Assembly: GCA_951406725.2 (NCBI GenBank)
Contig: OX597835.1
Location: 26,226,001-26,290,000 of the forward strand
Length of the DNA stretch: 64,000 nucleotides
Direction of reading: 5' to 3'
Source of the DNA: Octopus vulgaris
Lineage: Eukaryota
Shown here: one piece after another, positions 1 through 13,805 of the stretch
Position numbering within the stretch: position 1 is the first letter of the stretch
Layout of the letters: each line of letters begins with the position of its first letter
Translations under genes and position numbers: made by a program
The notes under the pieces: generated by a model
Seen by the model: the letters and a program-made list of their open reading frames with translations, nothing else
Told to the model about the DNA's origin: nothing
Databases searched by the model: none

Positions 1-33
1 ACTGCACTTCCTTTATCTGCTTCCTTAATCGTT

Positions 34-450
34 GTGATGATCTGGTGGTGGGGAGTCTATATCTTGGAAATCCGTCGGCCCAATAGTTTCCCTTCATGGC
101 AGAATTAATAGTCAAAACTATTTGAGTATTTTATCTGATCAAATTCTTCCTATGGTTGTGGAACTGTTTCCGGAGGGAAACGGAATCTTTCTGGATGATA
201 ATGCACCAATTCACACTGCTAAATTTGTTACAGAATGGCACGAGGAACATTCTAGTGAAGTTGAACATCCTATCTGACCACCACAGACCCCAGATCTCAA
301 TATTATTGAAAATTTATGATGCATTTTAGAAAAACAAGCAAGGAGTCAATATCCTCCACAACCATCACTACAAAAACTGGAGATTTATTTTTGCTGAAGA
401 ATGGACAAAAATTTCATTTGGAAATAATTCAAACTATGTACGAATCCATA
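34..450 (+). mobile_element. Tc1-family transposase remnant (DDE domain, pseudogenised)
   Basis: Manual translation: ISWKSVGPIVSLHGRINSQNYLSIL...GIFLDDNAPIHTAKFVTEW...*PPQTPDLNIIENL*. Matches the Tc1 DNAPxH and WPxxSPDLNPIENLW motifs, with stops at Trp codons. Confidence 0.9.
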
Positions 451-465
451 CATAAATATATATAT

Positions 466-710
466 GCGCCATTTTAAAGCCTAGCCAAACTCATGGGCCC
501 GGTTTCCCGCTTTCAATGTTGTATGTGTTCCCCAGCAGGACCGGACGCCAGTCCATGGCAGCGTTACTCATTTTTGCCAGCTGAGTGGACTGGAGCAACG
601 TGAAATGAAGTGTTTTGCTCAAGAAGACAATGCGTCGCCCGGTTCAGGAATCGAAACCACAATCTTACGATCATGATGCTGACACCCTAACCACTAAGCC
701 TCGTGCGTCC
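466..710 (-). mobile_element. tRNA-headed SINE (family 3)
   Basis: Minus strand has A-box-like GGCTTAGTGG and B-box-like GGTTTCGATTCC, then a body TTGAGCAAAACACTTCATTTCACGTTGCTCCAGTCCACTCAGCTGG that recurs at ~15455, 17460, 20755, 35307 and 54050. Confidence 0.85.
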
Positions 711-774
711 ACACACACACACACACACACACACATCTGTAAATGTAATATGTGACAATTATTCGGAAGCCATG

Positions 775-834
775 GTAAAACTCCGAGTTTCGGATGTCGG
801 GGTGCAAATCCACGCTGTCATCTCTTCAGTTATC
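775..834 (-). ncRNA. Type I hammerhead ribozyme motif, intact core
   Basis: Minus strand: gataa CUGAAGA GAUG...CAUCC GAAA CUCGGAG UU uuac. Stem III is ACUC/GAGU and the cleavage triplet is GUU. Confidence 0.7.
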
Positions 835-1016
835 CAGCCATCGGAAAAAATGCTATTTGCAATTTTCTCCAAATTTTCTTAGAGTATAGTTCCCTTGATG
901 GTATAGGTATGTTTTTCATAGAATAATCGATGTAGTAGGCACCCATATAGAATTGAATTCTTCTGCGGGGCAGAGTCCTCAAACGATGTCTGGGATAGCA
1001 TTTTTTCCGATGGCCG

Positions 1017-1077
1017 GATAACCGAAGAAATGGCGGTGTGGATTTCCACCCTGACATCCGAAACTCGGAGTTTTATC
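1017..1077 (+). ncRNA. Type I hammerhead ribozyme motif (U4C variant), inverted partner of 775-834
   Basis: gauaa CCGAAGA aAUG...CAUCC GAAA CUCGGAG UU uuauc. Stem I is GAUAA/UUAUC. Confidence 0.6.
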
Positions 1078-1263
1078 ATGGCAACCGAATAATTGTCACA
1101 TAGTATATTTACAGATAAATTCCTCTATTTACATAATATCGAGGTCGCTTTCATTCTTTTGTTGTCTTACCATTTCTATCAATATATATCATATATGTAT
1201 ATATACATATATATATATACATATATATATATAGATTTGATGTATATGTATACATGCACGCAT

Positions 1264-1369
<106 letters not shown>

Positions 1370-1820
1370 GTGCGTACACATGTATATATATATATGCACA
1401 CACACAAACATACACACATCCCTAAATATTCCCCATCATTTCCTTTTTAACTCCTACTTTCTTTATCCCTTACTCTCTTTTATTGTCTTCTATTGCCCTC
1501 ACTCCCGCTCTTTATCCCTCATCCACTCACATGTACACTTTCTCTCTCATTCTCTCTCACACTCTTCTCCTTCCTTCCTTCCCTTCCTTCCTTCCTCTCT
1601 TCTTTTCCATCTTCTTCTCCCCTTTCATTCACTTGATATCCTCTCCCCGCCCCCATACTTTACTCTGTCTATTTCTTGTACTCCTCCCTCCCTTTCTTTA
1701 TCTCTCTGTCTCTCACTCAGTCTCTTTCACTCACAGCTATCTCCATTATTCTCTCTCATCTTTCTCATCCCTCACTTCCCCCATCCCTCTCCCTGCCTCC
1801 CTCCCAATCTCTCTTTCTCC

Positions 1821-1862
<42 letters not shown>

Positions 1863-2499
1863 ATCTACAATTCACTCTTCCGTCCTTCCTCCCTCGAGCC
1901 ATCAGTCTGATATAACTAATATTTGCCGACAATCTCCTCACTCACCAGATGAAACCTCAAATCTCCTCAACCACCGAAGACTATCAGCTCAGAATCATAT
2001 AAAGACATTGATAGAGAAAAATCGATAACACAACAGTAGCGTCACGTGATATTTAACTGTTTCAAATGACAATTCTAATGAAATATGATAATGTGGTCCT
2101 GCAGCTGACAGAGGCTGCATTTCGAATTCAGCTGATGCTACTACGATGTCGACATGGCCCAAAGGGAAAACGCCACCTTCTTCGACCTTTTAAGTGAATT
2201 TGTAAAAAGATGGGCAGCTGACAAAGATGGTTTGGGTGAATGAACCTGCCCAAAGCTTGAGGAACAACAGTTGTGTTATGGTTCGTGTCTTTGATTGTCA
2301 CGAAAATACTCGATCTGTGGGGGTTCTTGATTGGCCATTGTTGGAGGTTCCCCTCTATCAGGAGATTTTAATCATCCATGTTTACATATACATTACATTT
2401 TCACTGCCCTTTCTCTTTCTTTCCCCTCATATTCATCTGACCCAACCCCGCCTTTGCAAGTTAAATTTCTCATCTTTGATGCACTTGTGGCTTTATCAA

Positions 2500-2645
2500 A
2501 CACTTAGCGACGTTTCCTCCGGCCTCATGTTCTGAGTTCGAATTCCACTGAGGTAAATTTTGCCTTTCACACTTTCAGGGTCAATAAAATAAGTAACAGT
2601 TATGCACTGGTATCAATGTCATCGTGCCTGTAGCAGAAAGAACTA
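2500..2645 (+). mobile_element. Degenerate SINE family 4 fragment
   Basis: TTCTGAGTTCGAATTCCACTGAGGT...TTTGCCTTTCAC...AATAAGTAACAG matches the copies at 32584 and 50432. Confidence 0.65.
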
Positions 2646-2649
2646 TTAT

Positions 2650-2711
<62 letters not shown>

Positions 2712-2738
2712 TTATTATTATTATTATTATTATTATCA

Positions 2739-3526
2739 TTGAGTGAGAGAGCAGTTCATGCCATCAAAGTGACACTGGGGTAAAATATACGAAGCCCAAT
2801 ATACCCATCATGACTACCTGTCTGATAAAGGTACACTAGGCACATGCATCACAACCATATGTGCGCGACATGGTGATCTCATATCAAGATAAAGAGCACA
2901 TGACCTTGCAGGTGGGGCCCAGTTAGAATTTTCTTCAGGTTGAGTAGCCCATCCTGCTCAAACGGTCCCTGAATAAGGGTTGTTTAAGGATGTTGAAAGA
3001 ACCACCCATGTTTCCAGAGGTGAACTATTCAAACCCCAAAGAATCCCTCTCAACACATGGCTATGATGCTCCCCCACTACTTCTGCTCGTGATCAGAGAT
3101 GCACATATCGTCAGCCACTAAGGGACATGCTCAACTGGTTATGGTCAAACAACTGACAAGCAAATCTGTGGTATTGAGCAGAATATTTGCTGTAGCCAAT
3201 CTTTTATACCAAGACAAAACAATGTACATGATAACACTTCCAATCAGTTAAGATCAGAAGCCATGAGAGCCACTTCCTGGTACTGCATCAGGGCATGATG
3301 CTCCCCCACTACTTCTGCTCGTGATCAGAGATGCACATATCGTCAGCCACTAAGGGACATGCTCAACTGGTTAAGGTCAAACAACTGACAAGCAAATCTG
3401 TGGTATTGAGCAGAATACTTGCTGTAGCCCATCTTTTATACCAAGACAAAACAATGTACATGATAACACTTCCAATCAGTTAAGATCAGAAGCCATGAGA
3501 GCCACTGCCTGGTACTGCATCAGGGC
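2739..3526. mobile_element. Non-coding interspersed element inside an (ATT)n tract, with an internal 232-bp tandem duplication (3063-3294 / 3295-3526)
   Basis: Complex sequence bounded on both sides by (ATT)n. The two 232-bp units are near identical. Confidence 0.65.
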
Positions 3527-3527
3527 A

Positions 3528-4160
<633 letters not shown>

Positions 4161-4460
4161 AGTTGCCAGCAACCGTGGAAATTGGCGACGTACCGTAAAA
4201 GAGGAAACACAAAGAGTGACATAGAGAGAGAGGAGAAATGGAAAGACACGAAAATACATCAACAAGGAAGTATGACATTACAACCTGCCAGGCAAAGTCT
4301 TCGCTACATTTGCGGCACCTGCCAGAGGGAGTATTTGTCCAGGATAGGACTACACAGCCACAGCAGGAGATGTATTAGGACATGAAATGTAAAAACCGGA
4401 CTAGATTATTTAATGCGCAACTCCATTGTCGCCCGAGACTAAAAGGATGCCAGCAACAAT
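4161..4460 (+). mobile_element. RTE-clade LINE 3' end
   Basis: ASNRGNWRRTV... and C-terminal CGTCQREYLSRIGLHSHSRRC (CxxC...SRIGLxSH motif), followed by a short 3' UTR ending GGATGCC-(CAA). Confidence 0.8.
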
Positions 4461-4775
4461 ATATATGGATTTCGTAGACAGGAACTGAAACAAATCAATC
4501 GTATATATATGTATGTATATATGTAAGTGTATGTGTGTGTCTTTGTCTCTGTGTTTCGCCCTCATCACTGCTGTTCATTTATTTACATCCACTTAACTTA
4601 CTGGTTTCACAAGAACAAACTAATAGAATAAGTACCAGGCTTATCAACATAAAAAAGCACTAGGCTTTGTCTCATATTTTTGTTTGCCCACTCAGTTGTA
4701 TCTATCAATTCATCTTTGTATGTGTGTGTGTATATATATCTATATCTATATCTATCTATCTCTCTATCTAGCTAA

Positions 4776-4871
<96 letters not shown>

Positions 4872-5683
4872 CACCCTAATGGGAGCCTTAACTCCCAAGT
4901 TTTAGTAATTTCTTTTATGATCCAAAACTAGGTCAAAAGTACTGAATGGATCTTTATGAAATTTGAAAATTATATTCAATGCATAAGGGCCATAACCCCC
5001 ATGACAATTCATATATTTTTGCTGTTGAAGAAATTTTAACCATAGATATTAGACACAAATGAAGTAATATTTATAAAATTTCATCTTCTTACAAGTAATA
5101 AAGACCCCTCCATGGGGACTTAACACCCACAATTTTGTCATTTTATCTACGCAAAAATGAATACAGTTGTGCTCTTATCTAATAACTTTTCTCAACACTT
5201 TGCAACTGAATCAGTGGAGGCAAAGATGCCTCTCTTTTACTTGACAATTTATGCACCACATTGCAGAAATCCCAATGTAAGTGTATGTCAAAGCAAACTG
5301 TTGCACTGTTGTACCATTGAATTAGAAATAATGGTCAACTTTTATGCTCGGGTAATCCTACAGCTTCCAAGAGCACAATTGTATTCGTTTTTGCTTAGAC
5401 TTGTTGCGATTTCAGCTTACCGCCCGGAAACTTGGAAATCCTATCTCTTCCTCGGTGGTGGTGGCTAGGATGAAATCGATTTCAAACTACCCTCGGGGCT
5501 AATTTGAAATCGATCTCTTTCTGCTTCCAATAATTTCGGATCATTCACTTCGAATTTCTTTTCCACCTCTTCGTCATCCTGGTGGCCAATAATAATAATT
5601 ATTTGGAATAGTGGATCTTGAAGCACACAAAGCCCTAACTACGACAGTAATTTCGGAGTAGAGAGTGAGTCAGTTACATCTAA

Positions 5684-5882
5684 ATAATCCTTTCTATTAT
5701 AAGCACAAGGCCTGAAATCTTGTGAGAGAATGCATAACTGGTACTTATTTTATCGACCCCGAAAGGGTGAAAGCCAAAGTCGACTTCGGGAGAATTGGAA
5801 CTCAGAACGTAAAGAGGGGCGAAATCCCACCGTTAAGGATTTCACCTGGCGTGCTAACGCTTCTGCTAGTTTACCGCCTTAC
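5684..5882 (-). mobile_element. SINE family 4
   Basis: Minus strand AAGGCGGTAAACTAGCAGAAGCGTTAGCACGCC...TTCTGAGTTCCAATTC...GTCGACTTTGGCTTTCACCC, homologous to 50432-50655. Confidence 0.8.
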
Positions 5883-5903
5883 CAAGTTACTAAGTTACTA
5901 AGT

Positions 5904-6416
5904 TAGTGGTTCCCAACCTGGGACACGCGCACTCCTGGTGGTCAGCGAAGGTAGTACTGGGGATCCGTGAACTAACACTGTTTACAAGGCTTTATGCTTG
6001 GAAGGACCGAATGTAACTACCATTGGAACTCACACACCAGGTACAGGAAACTTCTTCACCACTTATATACACCGTTGTGCTTGAAGAATGGAACTGAAAA
6101 TACAATATCCTTATGTATCTCACTTCTGTTTTCATTCTCTTACTTCCCTGTGTATTTCATATCTTCTCTACAATAATTAATACTCAAACATTTTCTCGCA
6201 CCGTCTCTGATGAAGGGGTATATAAAATATCCCGGAAACAGCTGTGAAGCCTTTTCTTGATAAATGTTATGAAAACTATTTACAGCCTTGGATCTTTTAT
6301 CTCATTCTGTCAATATATATATATAACGAGAGAGACACACACACAAACACACAGAAGGATAAGCATATTAAAAGGGGTCCGTTGAAAAACTCATTTAAAG
6401 GGTGGGGAACTAATGG
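5904..6416. mobile_element. hAT-type MITE interrupted by a PLE-like fragment (~5990-6325)
   Basis: Ends TAGTGGTTCCCAACCTG and AGGGTGGGGAACTAATG are degenerate hAT-like TIRs. The same head type occurs at 12376, 24436 and 54012. Confidence 0.5.
6203..6250 (+). ncRNA. Hammerhead ribozyme motif, degenerate at the cleavage site
   Basis: gucu CUGAUGA a GGGGUAU auaaa AUAUCCC g GAAA CAGCUG UG. Stem II is 7 bp and stem III is the palindrome CAGCUG, but position 17 is G. Confidence 0.65.
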
Positions 6417-7199
6417 TCTCAATAATAGCATGTAAATACTGGATCGGAAAACTCTATTTGAAAGAACATGTCGAAAGGCACACTTAGAGCACGAACTCTC
6501 ATCTCCTCTACGTAAGTTTTTATATTTTTATGATGTCAAACATTATAATTATTTTTTTCTGTAACATATAATTAAAATAATTTCCAATAAATATAATTTA
6601 TAAATACTATCAGAAACATTTAAAGTGCATTGATATATTTTCTCTTGTATAATAAATATAATTCGTTCGCATTCAGAGTATATTATTATGTATTGTACTG
6701 TGTATAAATACATTTCTTTCGCATAAACAAATATATTTAAACGCTTCAAACACAAACGGAACATATTTATGGGTGAAAAAGTACTGCAGTTAAAAATCCT
6801 CAAACCCAAATCATTAAAAATGAATAAATAAATATATGAATAAATATTTTACGAACGTTTGTATCTTTTTTTTTGAAATTGTAAACTAAAAATTTGTGAT
6901 GCTGAAAGTATTCTTTTAAAGGCATCATAAAAACGTTATATATATCAAAAAACCCAATATTTTTTTTATATTTTCACATTTTAAGATTAGTTTACTTCTT
7001 AAAATATTACACGTGTTTTAGGATCTTTTCGGTTTGAGCGGTAGTTTTTAACATAATTCCTAGGTAACTAAAACATTTCAAACTTCGTATACTGGTAGAA
7101 TGTGTTTATAAAACATCTTTTTCTCTTGGCTTTATTGAGAAAATTCTATAGTTTGTAAGATATTTGTTGTCTTTTTTTTTTCTTCAATTTCTGCAACAG

Positions 7200-8345
7200 A
7201 TATTGTTGTATTTGGGGACAGTCATGTTGCTAGTTTAGCCATATATTTGGTATTCACTTGCTTCATATATTAATTGTATTTCGACCAGATTTCTTTCGTC
7301 ACACTTCTCTGACCTCATCAGCGGTCCTTTGCTTTCTTCTTTCTTTTTTCTGTCTATCCTTCCTAACGATCTGCCATTTTGTATTCCTGTTATATGTGTC
7401 TTTATGTGCGCAGACGTATATCCCTCTGTGTCTATGTTTTGTAAGTGTGTGTGTGGTGGAGGCGGAGGGGTGAATGTGTATGGTACCCGAATTATCAGTA
7501 TTCCTTGTTCATTTAATTTAATTTTATTTGTTTTTATCTACTTACTTTTTCATTTCTTTTTTTTGTATTAATTTAATGTTATTTAATTTACTATATTTTG
7601 TTTATGTATTTTATCATTTTTAAATTCCATTTAGTTATCTATCTATTGTATTAATTTCATATTATTTTTAGTTTATGGGGATCTTATTCTTTCCTCAGGT
7701 TGTGGTGTGTGGGTGGATGTATGTGTGCTAATGTTCCATTCTAGTTTCCTATTCAGGCTAGGTTTATCTTCTATTATGTGTGTAGCTTCCGTAATTTGTC
7801 TCAGCGTGGCGTCTATTCTATGTGTGGACAAGATTTTAACTTCTATTTTGTTGAGTGAGCCCCCCCCCACGTGTTCCTCGGCGTGTTGGTATAGAACCAA
7901 TGAGCTCTTAACTTTCTTGACCCCCCAATGCTCATTTACCCGCTCTCCTATACTCTGTGCTGTCTCCCCTACGTACGTCGTTGTCTTGTTTCTGCACCGT
8001 CCCTCTGTCACATCTTATCCTATAGACTACATTCCTAGCTTTACAGTTTGTTTGTGAGCTAAATCTACATGTAACACAGTTCCTACTAGTACAGGCGGCT
8101 CTATTAAAAGAGTATGTTCTACTGATTAGGGATTTGATAGGGTTGCCTGGCCTTTCAACAGCCTTAATTCTTAGCTTAAGCTTGTCTAGGGCCCTTCTAA
8201 AGCGGTACGCCAGTTCGCTTCTAGGAGTGGTGTCGACGAAGATGACACTCTGGTATTTTCGGCTATCATACCATGAGTTGGCTTTCCCTATTTTCTTCTG
8301 AATCCTTTCAATGGGGTTGCATGACTTGCTCCTATAGAGTGGTCA
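7200..8345 (-). mobile_element. Penelope-like element (Neptune-type) 3' half: linker, GIY-YIG and 3' UTR
   Basis: Translation PLYRSK...WYD...SVIFVDTTPRSELA...IKAVERPG...CTSRNCVTC...NCKARNVVYRIRC, then a frameshift, then YVGETAQSIGERVNEH...LRQITEATHIIEDKPSLNRKLEW. Confidence 0.9.
7278..7326 (-). ncRNA. Degenerate hammerhead motif in the PLE 3' UTR
   Basis: Minus strand gaccg CUGAUGA gGUCA gagaagug UGAC GAAA GAaaUC U ggtc. Same strand as, and downstream of, the GIY-YIG ORF. Confidence 0.5.
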
Positions 8346-8384
8346 TAGCGAGAGTACATGTTCATGAGTATAGAGTTCTGTGCC

Positions 8385-8566
8385 AGGCGTTCTTTATATA
8401 CATATAAACGAAGGGCTTCTTTCAGTTTCCGTCTACCAAATCCACTCCCAAGGCTTTGGTTGGCCTGACGCTATAGAAGACACTTGTCCAAGGTGCCACA
8501 CAGTGGGACTGAACACGGAAACATGCGGTTGGAAAGCAGGCTTCTTACCACAGAGCAACCTCCGCG
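8385..8566 (-). mobile_element. SINE family 1, 5' half
   Basis: Reverse complement of the head and CORE-like segment GGCACCTTGGACAAGTGTCTTCTA...GATTTGGTAGACGGAAACTGAAAGAAGCCC. Confidence 0.8.
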
Positions 8567-8639
8567 TCTATGTGCAATAATGACAAGAGTAAGAACCATA
8601 ACGGCAAGGATATTTAACAAGAATAAACTGCCATAGCAT

Positions 8640-10025
8640 TCATAACAACAGCAATATGAACAACAACAGCTTCAGTAACAACCACAACAACAACAACAAG
8701 TATTACATTAAGAACAGCAAAAACATCAAATACAGTAACAACAACAAAAGGCATCTACGATAATAACAACAACGTCAACAATCACAACAATAACAAAAAC
8801 AACAGCAACAACAAGAATTACATTAAGGACAGCAGCTACAACTACAACAATAGCTATAACAACAATAACAAAAATAACGACAACAATGGCAATAGCAAGA
8901 ATAAAAACTACATCAACAACAACTGTATCAAGACCATGAGCACTACCTCAATATTAGCTACATTGATAATAACAACAACAACAAACGCGAGAACAAGAAA
9001 AGCAACATTAACGAAAACAATAGCATCATCATCATCATCAGCATCATCATCAACAACAACAACAACAATAACAACAACAACAACAACAACAACAGCAATT
9101 CTGGAGCGACCAATCAATGACTAAGATCAGACTTAAAACGTAAAACAATATACAACAACCTCTGCCAATTTGGGATAATTTGTAGTAAACCACCAGCACC
9201 GCCGCCGCCGCCACCACCACCACTGCCACCGCCACCACCACCACTACCACCAACATCACCATCACCACCACCATCACCACCAGCACCAGCACCACCACCA
9301 CCATCACCACCACTACCACTACCACCACCACCACCACCACCACCACCATTACCACCACCACCACCATCACCACCACCACCACTACCGCCACCACAATCAT
9401 TACCATCACTGCCATCATCATCATCATTACCACAATCATCATCATGGCAGCCATCACTTCCACTACCACCAACGCCACCACTGCAACCATCATCACCGTA
9501 AGCACCTCCGCTACTATCACAACCACAACCACCCCCACCACTACAACCACCACCACAACCGCCACTACCACAACCGCCACAGCCACCACCGCCGCGACCG
9601 GCACCGCAACTACCAACACTACTACCACCACCACAACAACAACCACGACCAAACCATCACCACCACCATCACCACAACAACCAACACCACAACCATCTAC
9701 ACCACCATTATCACGACCATCACCACAACCACAACTACCACCACGACCACCACCAAAACTACCACCCACCATAACAACCACCATCACCACCACCACAACC
9801 ACCAAAACCACAACCATCTACACCACCATTATCACCATCACCACCACAACCACAACCACCACCACAACCAACACAACCACAACCACAACCACCACAACGA
9901 CCACGATCAAACCATCACCACCAATCATTATCACCACCACCACCACAACCATCAAAGGCACCTCCTCCAGCATCAGCATCAGCATCATCATCACCATCCC
10001 TACCGCAACTACGACCACCACTACT
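8640..10025. repeat. Degenerate (CAA)n then (CAC/ACC)n trinucleotide tracts
   Basis: Direct reading. Source of the poly-T and poly-V ORFs. Confidence 0.9.
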
Positions 10026-10299
10026 TGCTGTCGGTCCCCGTCGCCGCCTTTCTACTCTAAACACACCGCAAACAATCAATATTGCCGTCACCGCCACGCG
10101 AACGCCCTTCCTGTCTTTTCCGAATCGCGCTATTCCCACTTCTAGGGAAGAGAAAAAAAAAAAGAAGCAAAACAAATCAAAATAAAAAATAATATCAATA
10201 ACAAAGCCAACGAATAACAATAAAAGAGGAAAAAGTAAAACAAACAATCAAACAAGTAAAAGACAAGGGCATTCGTTATAGCATGAATGATTAGGCAGA

Positions 10300-10538
<239 letters not shown>

Positions 10539-11165
10539 ATATATATACATTACGGACACATGCACAAATACATGTATACAGACATACACATAGAGAGGAT
10601 ATATATATATATGTGTACATATGTGTATACGTATATACACACACACACACACACACAAACATATATATGTGTGTGCGTGTGTGTGTATATATATCCACAT
10701 ACATATATGTGTATATATATACACACACGTATGTAGTTGTATACATAGATACGTGTACATATGCGTATATATGCATATATATACACATATACGTATATAT
10801 ATATAAACGCACATAGACACACACATATATATGTATTTGCGCGTACACACACACACACACACATATATATATAAGTATATACACAAATATATATGTATAT
10901 ATACATACACCCACCCACACGCACACACACACATATATATATACACACACATACACACGTACAGAATCACATGTTTTTGTATTTCTTTGTATGTGTGGCT
11001 GTGTGTATATGTATGTACGTATGTGCCTGTGTGCTTGGATAGGGTCATGCGTAAATATATATATATATATATATATACATGCGTGTATAGATGCAATAAA
11101 TTCCTAGATTCATCAATGTATCCAATTGATGTTTATATAATATAGTCAGGTCCATAACAATATAC

Positions 11166-11270
<105 letters not shown>

Positions 11271-11309
11271 AATACAGACATACGTAGAGATACATATGCC
11301 TGGATGTAG

Positions 11310-11347
<38 letters not shown>

Positions 11348-11531
11348 CTGCGGTGATTACATATAGTTATATACTAACATATACTCCTGCGCAGACATCG
11401 ATCTCCGCTGAATATAGTTTTTTCACCCTGTTTGCGCAATTTTTTTTTGTGCCAACAGACCTCCCTCTTCACATATACGCATACATATATACATACATGT
11501 CTATGCATATATATATATATATATAAACGTG

Positions 11532-11657
<126 letters not shown>

Positions 11658-12681
11658 GACAGACACATAAACACATAAAACAACATCAGATGAGAGCCAA
11701 TTGCTATTAATCATGAATGGAAATAAAAGAGAAGCGAAAAAATGTCCAAACGCCACCGCCACCACCGCCACAGACTAAAGCAACAACAACTACAACTACA
11801 ACACCAACAACAACAACAGTAGCAGCAGCGGCAGCACAGCAGCAGCACAACTACATCGGTAAGGTCAATGAGTTAAACTGAAGAAATATATTATGAAAGT
11901 GAAAATATGTAAATATGAGGACTCGACAGAGATAATGGTTGAATACACTCGAGGGTTAGATATGGTGATGGCTATGGTGGCGAAGGCGGCGGTAATGATG
12001 GTGCTGGAATTACCAATGCTGGTGGGCGGGGTGGTGTTGATTGATGATGTGGTTGTAATTTTTTGCTGTTGTTCTTTGTGTTGTTGTTGTTTATATCCGG
12101 GTCAGTTAGGTGTTTCTTTTCTCGGCTTTCCGACGTGATTCTAATTCCTTGTGTAACAACGATGTGTAATGCAGAAAGGTGTAATTTGTAAGAATAAAAA
12201 AAAAAAGAAATAAAACATTTGGTTGCTATTTCTAGCAGACACTACACTACGTAGATGCAGCCTCATAGTCTTTTGTTATTGTTCTGCTTGTTATTGTTGG
12301 TTTTCCTGTTTATGGCCACAGCTCGTGAGCTGAAACTAGATAAAATAAAATAAAAATAAACAAAATTTGAGAGCAGCGGTTCGCAGCCAGGGTCTGTGTG
12401 ACCCTTGAGGGTCCGCATAGCATTCCATTGTTAAAATCTGTGCGTAATCAATTCGTAATATTTGAACGGCAAGCGCAGATTTGGCAGTTTGGTAAGTAGC
12501 TTGCTTCCCAGCCAAAGGGTTCAGTTCCACTACATGGCACCGTCTTATTAATTTTTCTTTTTGTAGTTGGTGGTGGTCTCAATGTTGTTAATCCAATTTT
12601 TACTGCTGACCTTATAGTTTTCTTAGTTTTGATGCTGGTCTTAATATTTCTGTTGGTTCGCATTTGTTGTTTTTGATCTTA

Positions 12682-13091
12682 TACTCTTTACTCTTTGCTC
12701 TTTTACTTGTTTCAGTCATTTGACTGCGGCCATGCTGGAGCACCGCCTTTAGTCGAGCAAATCGACCCCGGGACTTATTCTTTGTAAGCCCAGTACTTAT
12801 TCTATCGGTCTCTCTTGCCGAACCGCTAAGTGACAGGGACGTAAACACACCAGCATCGGTTGTCAAGCAATGCTAGGGGGACAAACACAGACACACAAAC
12901 ACACACACATATATATATATACATATATACGACAGGCTTCTTTCAGTTTCCGTCTACCAAATCCACTCACAAGGCATTGGTCGGCCCGGGACTATAGCAG
13001 AAGACACTTGCCCAAGATGCCACGCAGTGGGACTGAACCCGGAACCATGTGGTTGGTTAGCAAGCTACTTACCACACAGCCACTCCTGCGC
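12682..13091 (-). mobile_element. Full-length SINE family 1 (tRNA-like head, CORE-like centre, internal TA/TG tract, short-repeat tail)
   Basis: Near-exact reverse complement of the copy at 58837-59227. Confidence 0.92.
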
Positions 13092-13310
13092 TTATCGTTG
13101 TAGAGTTTATTGCTTGAACTCTTATTGTTACCACTGGTCTCATGTTTGCTGTTGGTCTAATTTCTGTTGTTCTTATTGTTGCTGGTCTTATTGCTGGAAC
13201 TCATATTGTTACTGCTGGTCTTATTGTTGCTTGTGGTCTAATTTCGATTCTTCTTATTGCTGCTGGTCTTATTATGACAGCTGGTCTCCTTGTCGCTGGT
13301 GCTCTAATCG
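13092..13310. repeat. Degenerate ~15-bp minisatellite (GCTGGTCTTATTGTT), continuing at ~12540-12680 on the other side of the SINE
   Basis: Recurrent GCTGGTCTTATTG units. Explains the repetitive AGLIV ORF. Confidence 0.7.
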
Positions 13311-13446
13311 TTACCAATTTCGGTCGGATCTTCAAGGGAACATGCGGCCCAGTGCTACACTGAAGGAAGAAGATACACTTCCAACTGGCCAATTCTGGGC
13401 ATTTTATGTCAATTGTTTCCTTCATTTGATCTAATTGGGAACAATC

Positions 13447-13805
13447 TCTCTCTCTCTATCCGCTCAGTGGAAGTCGACTCTCGGTAACTCGTTGGATCAG
13501 TGTCCTCCAGTCAGTTCTATCCTGGGCCGCTTCTTTCAGATTGGTTATGTCCATTCTGGTATCACTCTTGATGGTGTCAAGCCAGCGGGTTCTTGGTCGG
13601 CCTCTCCCTCTCTTGCCACTGACCATTCCGAGTATGATGTCCTTCTCCAGGGATTTTCTCCGCATAATATGACCGAAATATGTCAATCTATGCTCGGCCT
13701 TATCTGCTTAAGAACTTCTCCATTGGTGAGCCTCGCTGTCCATGGAATCCGAAAAAGTCTTCTCCAACACCAAAGCTCGAATGCATTAATTCTCTATCGA
13801 TCAAA
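13447..13805 (-). mobile_element. RTE/BovB-like LINE 3' end
   Basis: INAFELWCWRRLFRIPWTARLTNGEVL, then YFGHIMRRKSLEKDIILGMVSGKRGRGRPRTRWLD...DRTDWR, with a (GA)n tail. Confidence 0.92.

Larger units (their letters stand above)
735..1170. mobile_element. Penelope-like element terminal remnant with ~122-bp inverted repeats (735-856 / 995-1116)
   Basis: The arms are reverse complements. Each arm carries a hammerhead motif, and the unit is flanked by (CA)n and (TA)n. Confidence 0.7.

Noticed and set aside
8340-8348. In-frame TGA in the PLE ORF as possible selenocysteine
   Set aside because: The position corresponds to Arg in an RPLYR-type motif, so CGA>TGA decay is more likely. The copy also has a frameshift.
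9444-10145. 233-aa Thr/Pro-rich mucin-like ORF
   Set aside because: It is a degenerate (ACC/ACA)n tract, open on both strands, with no signal peptide or splice context.
13027-13434. Cys/Trp-rich and AGLIV-repeat ORFs resembling a membrane or keratin-associated protein
   Set aside because: They derive from a 15-bp minisatellite that is split by a SINE.
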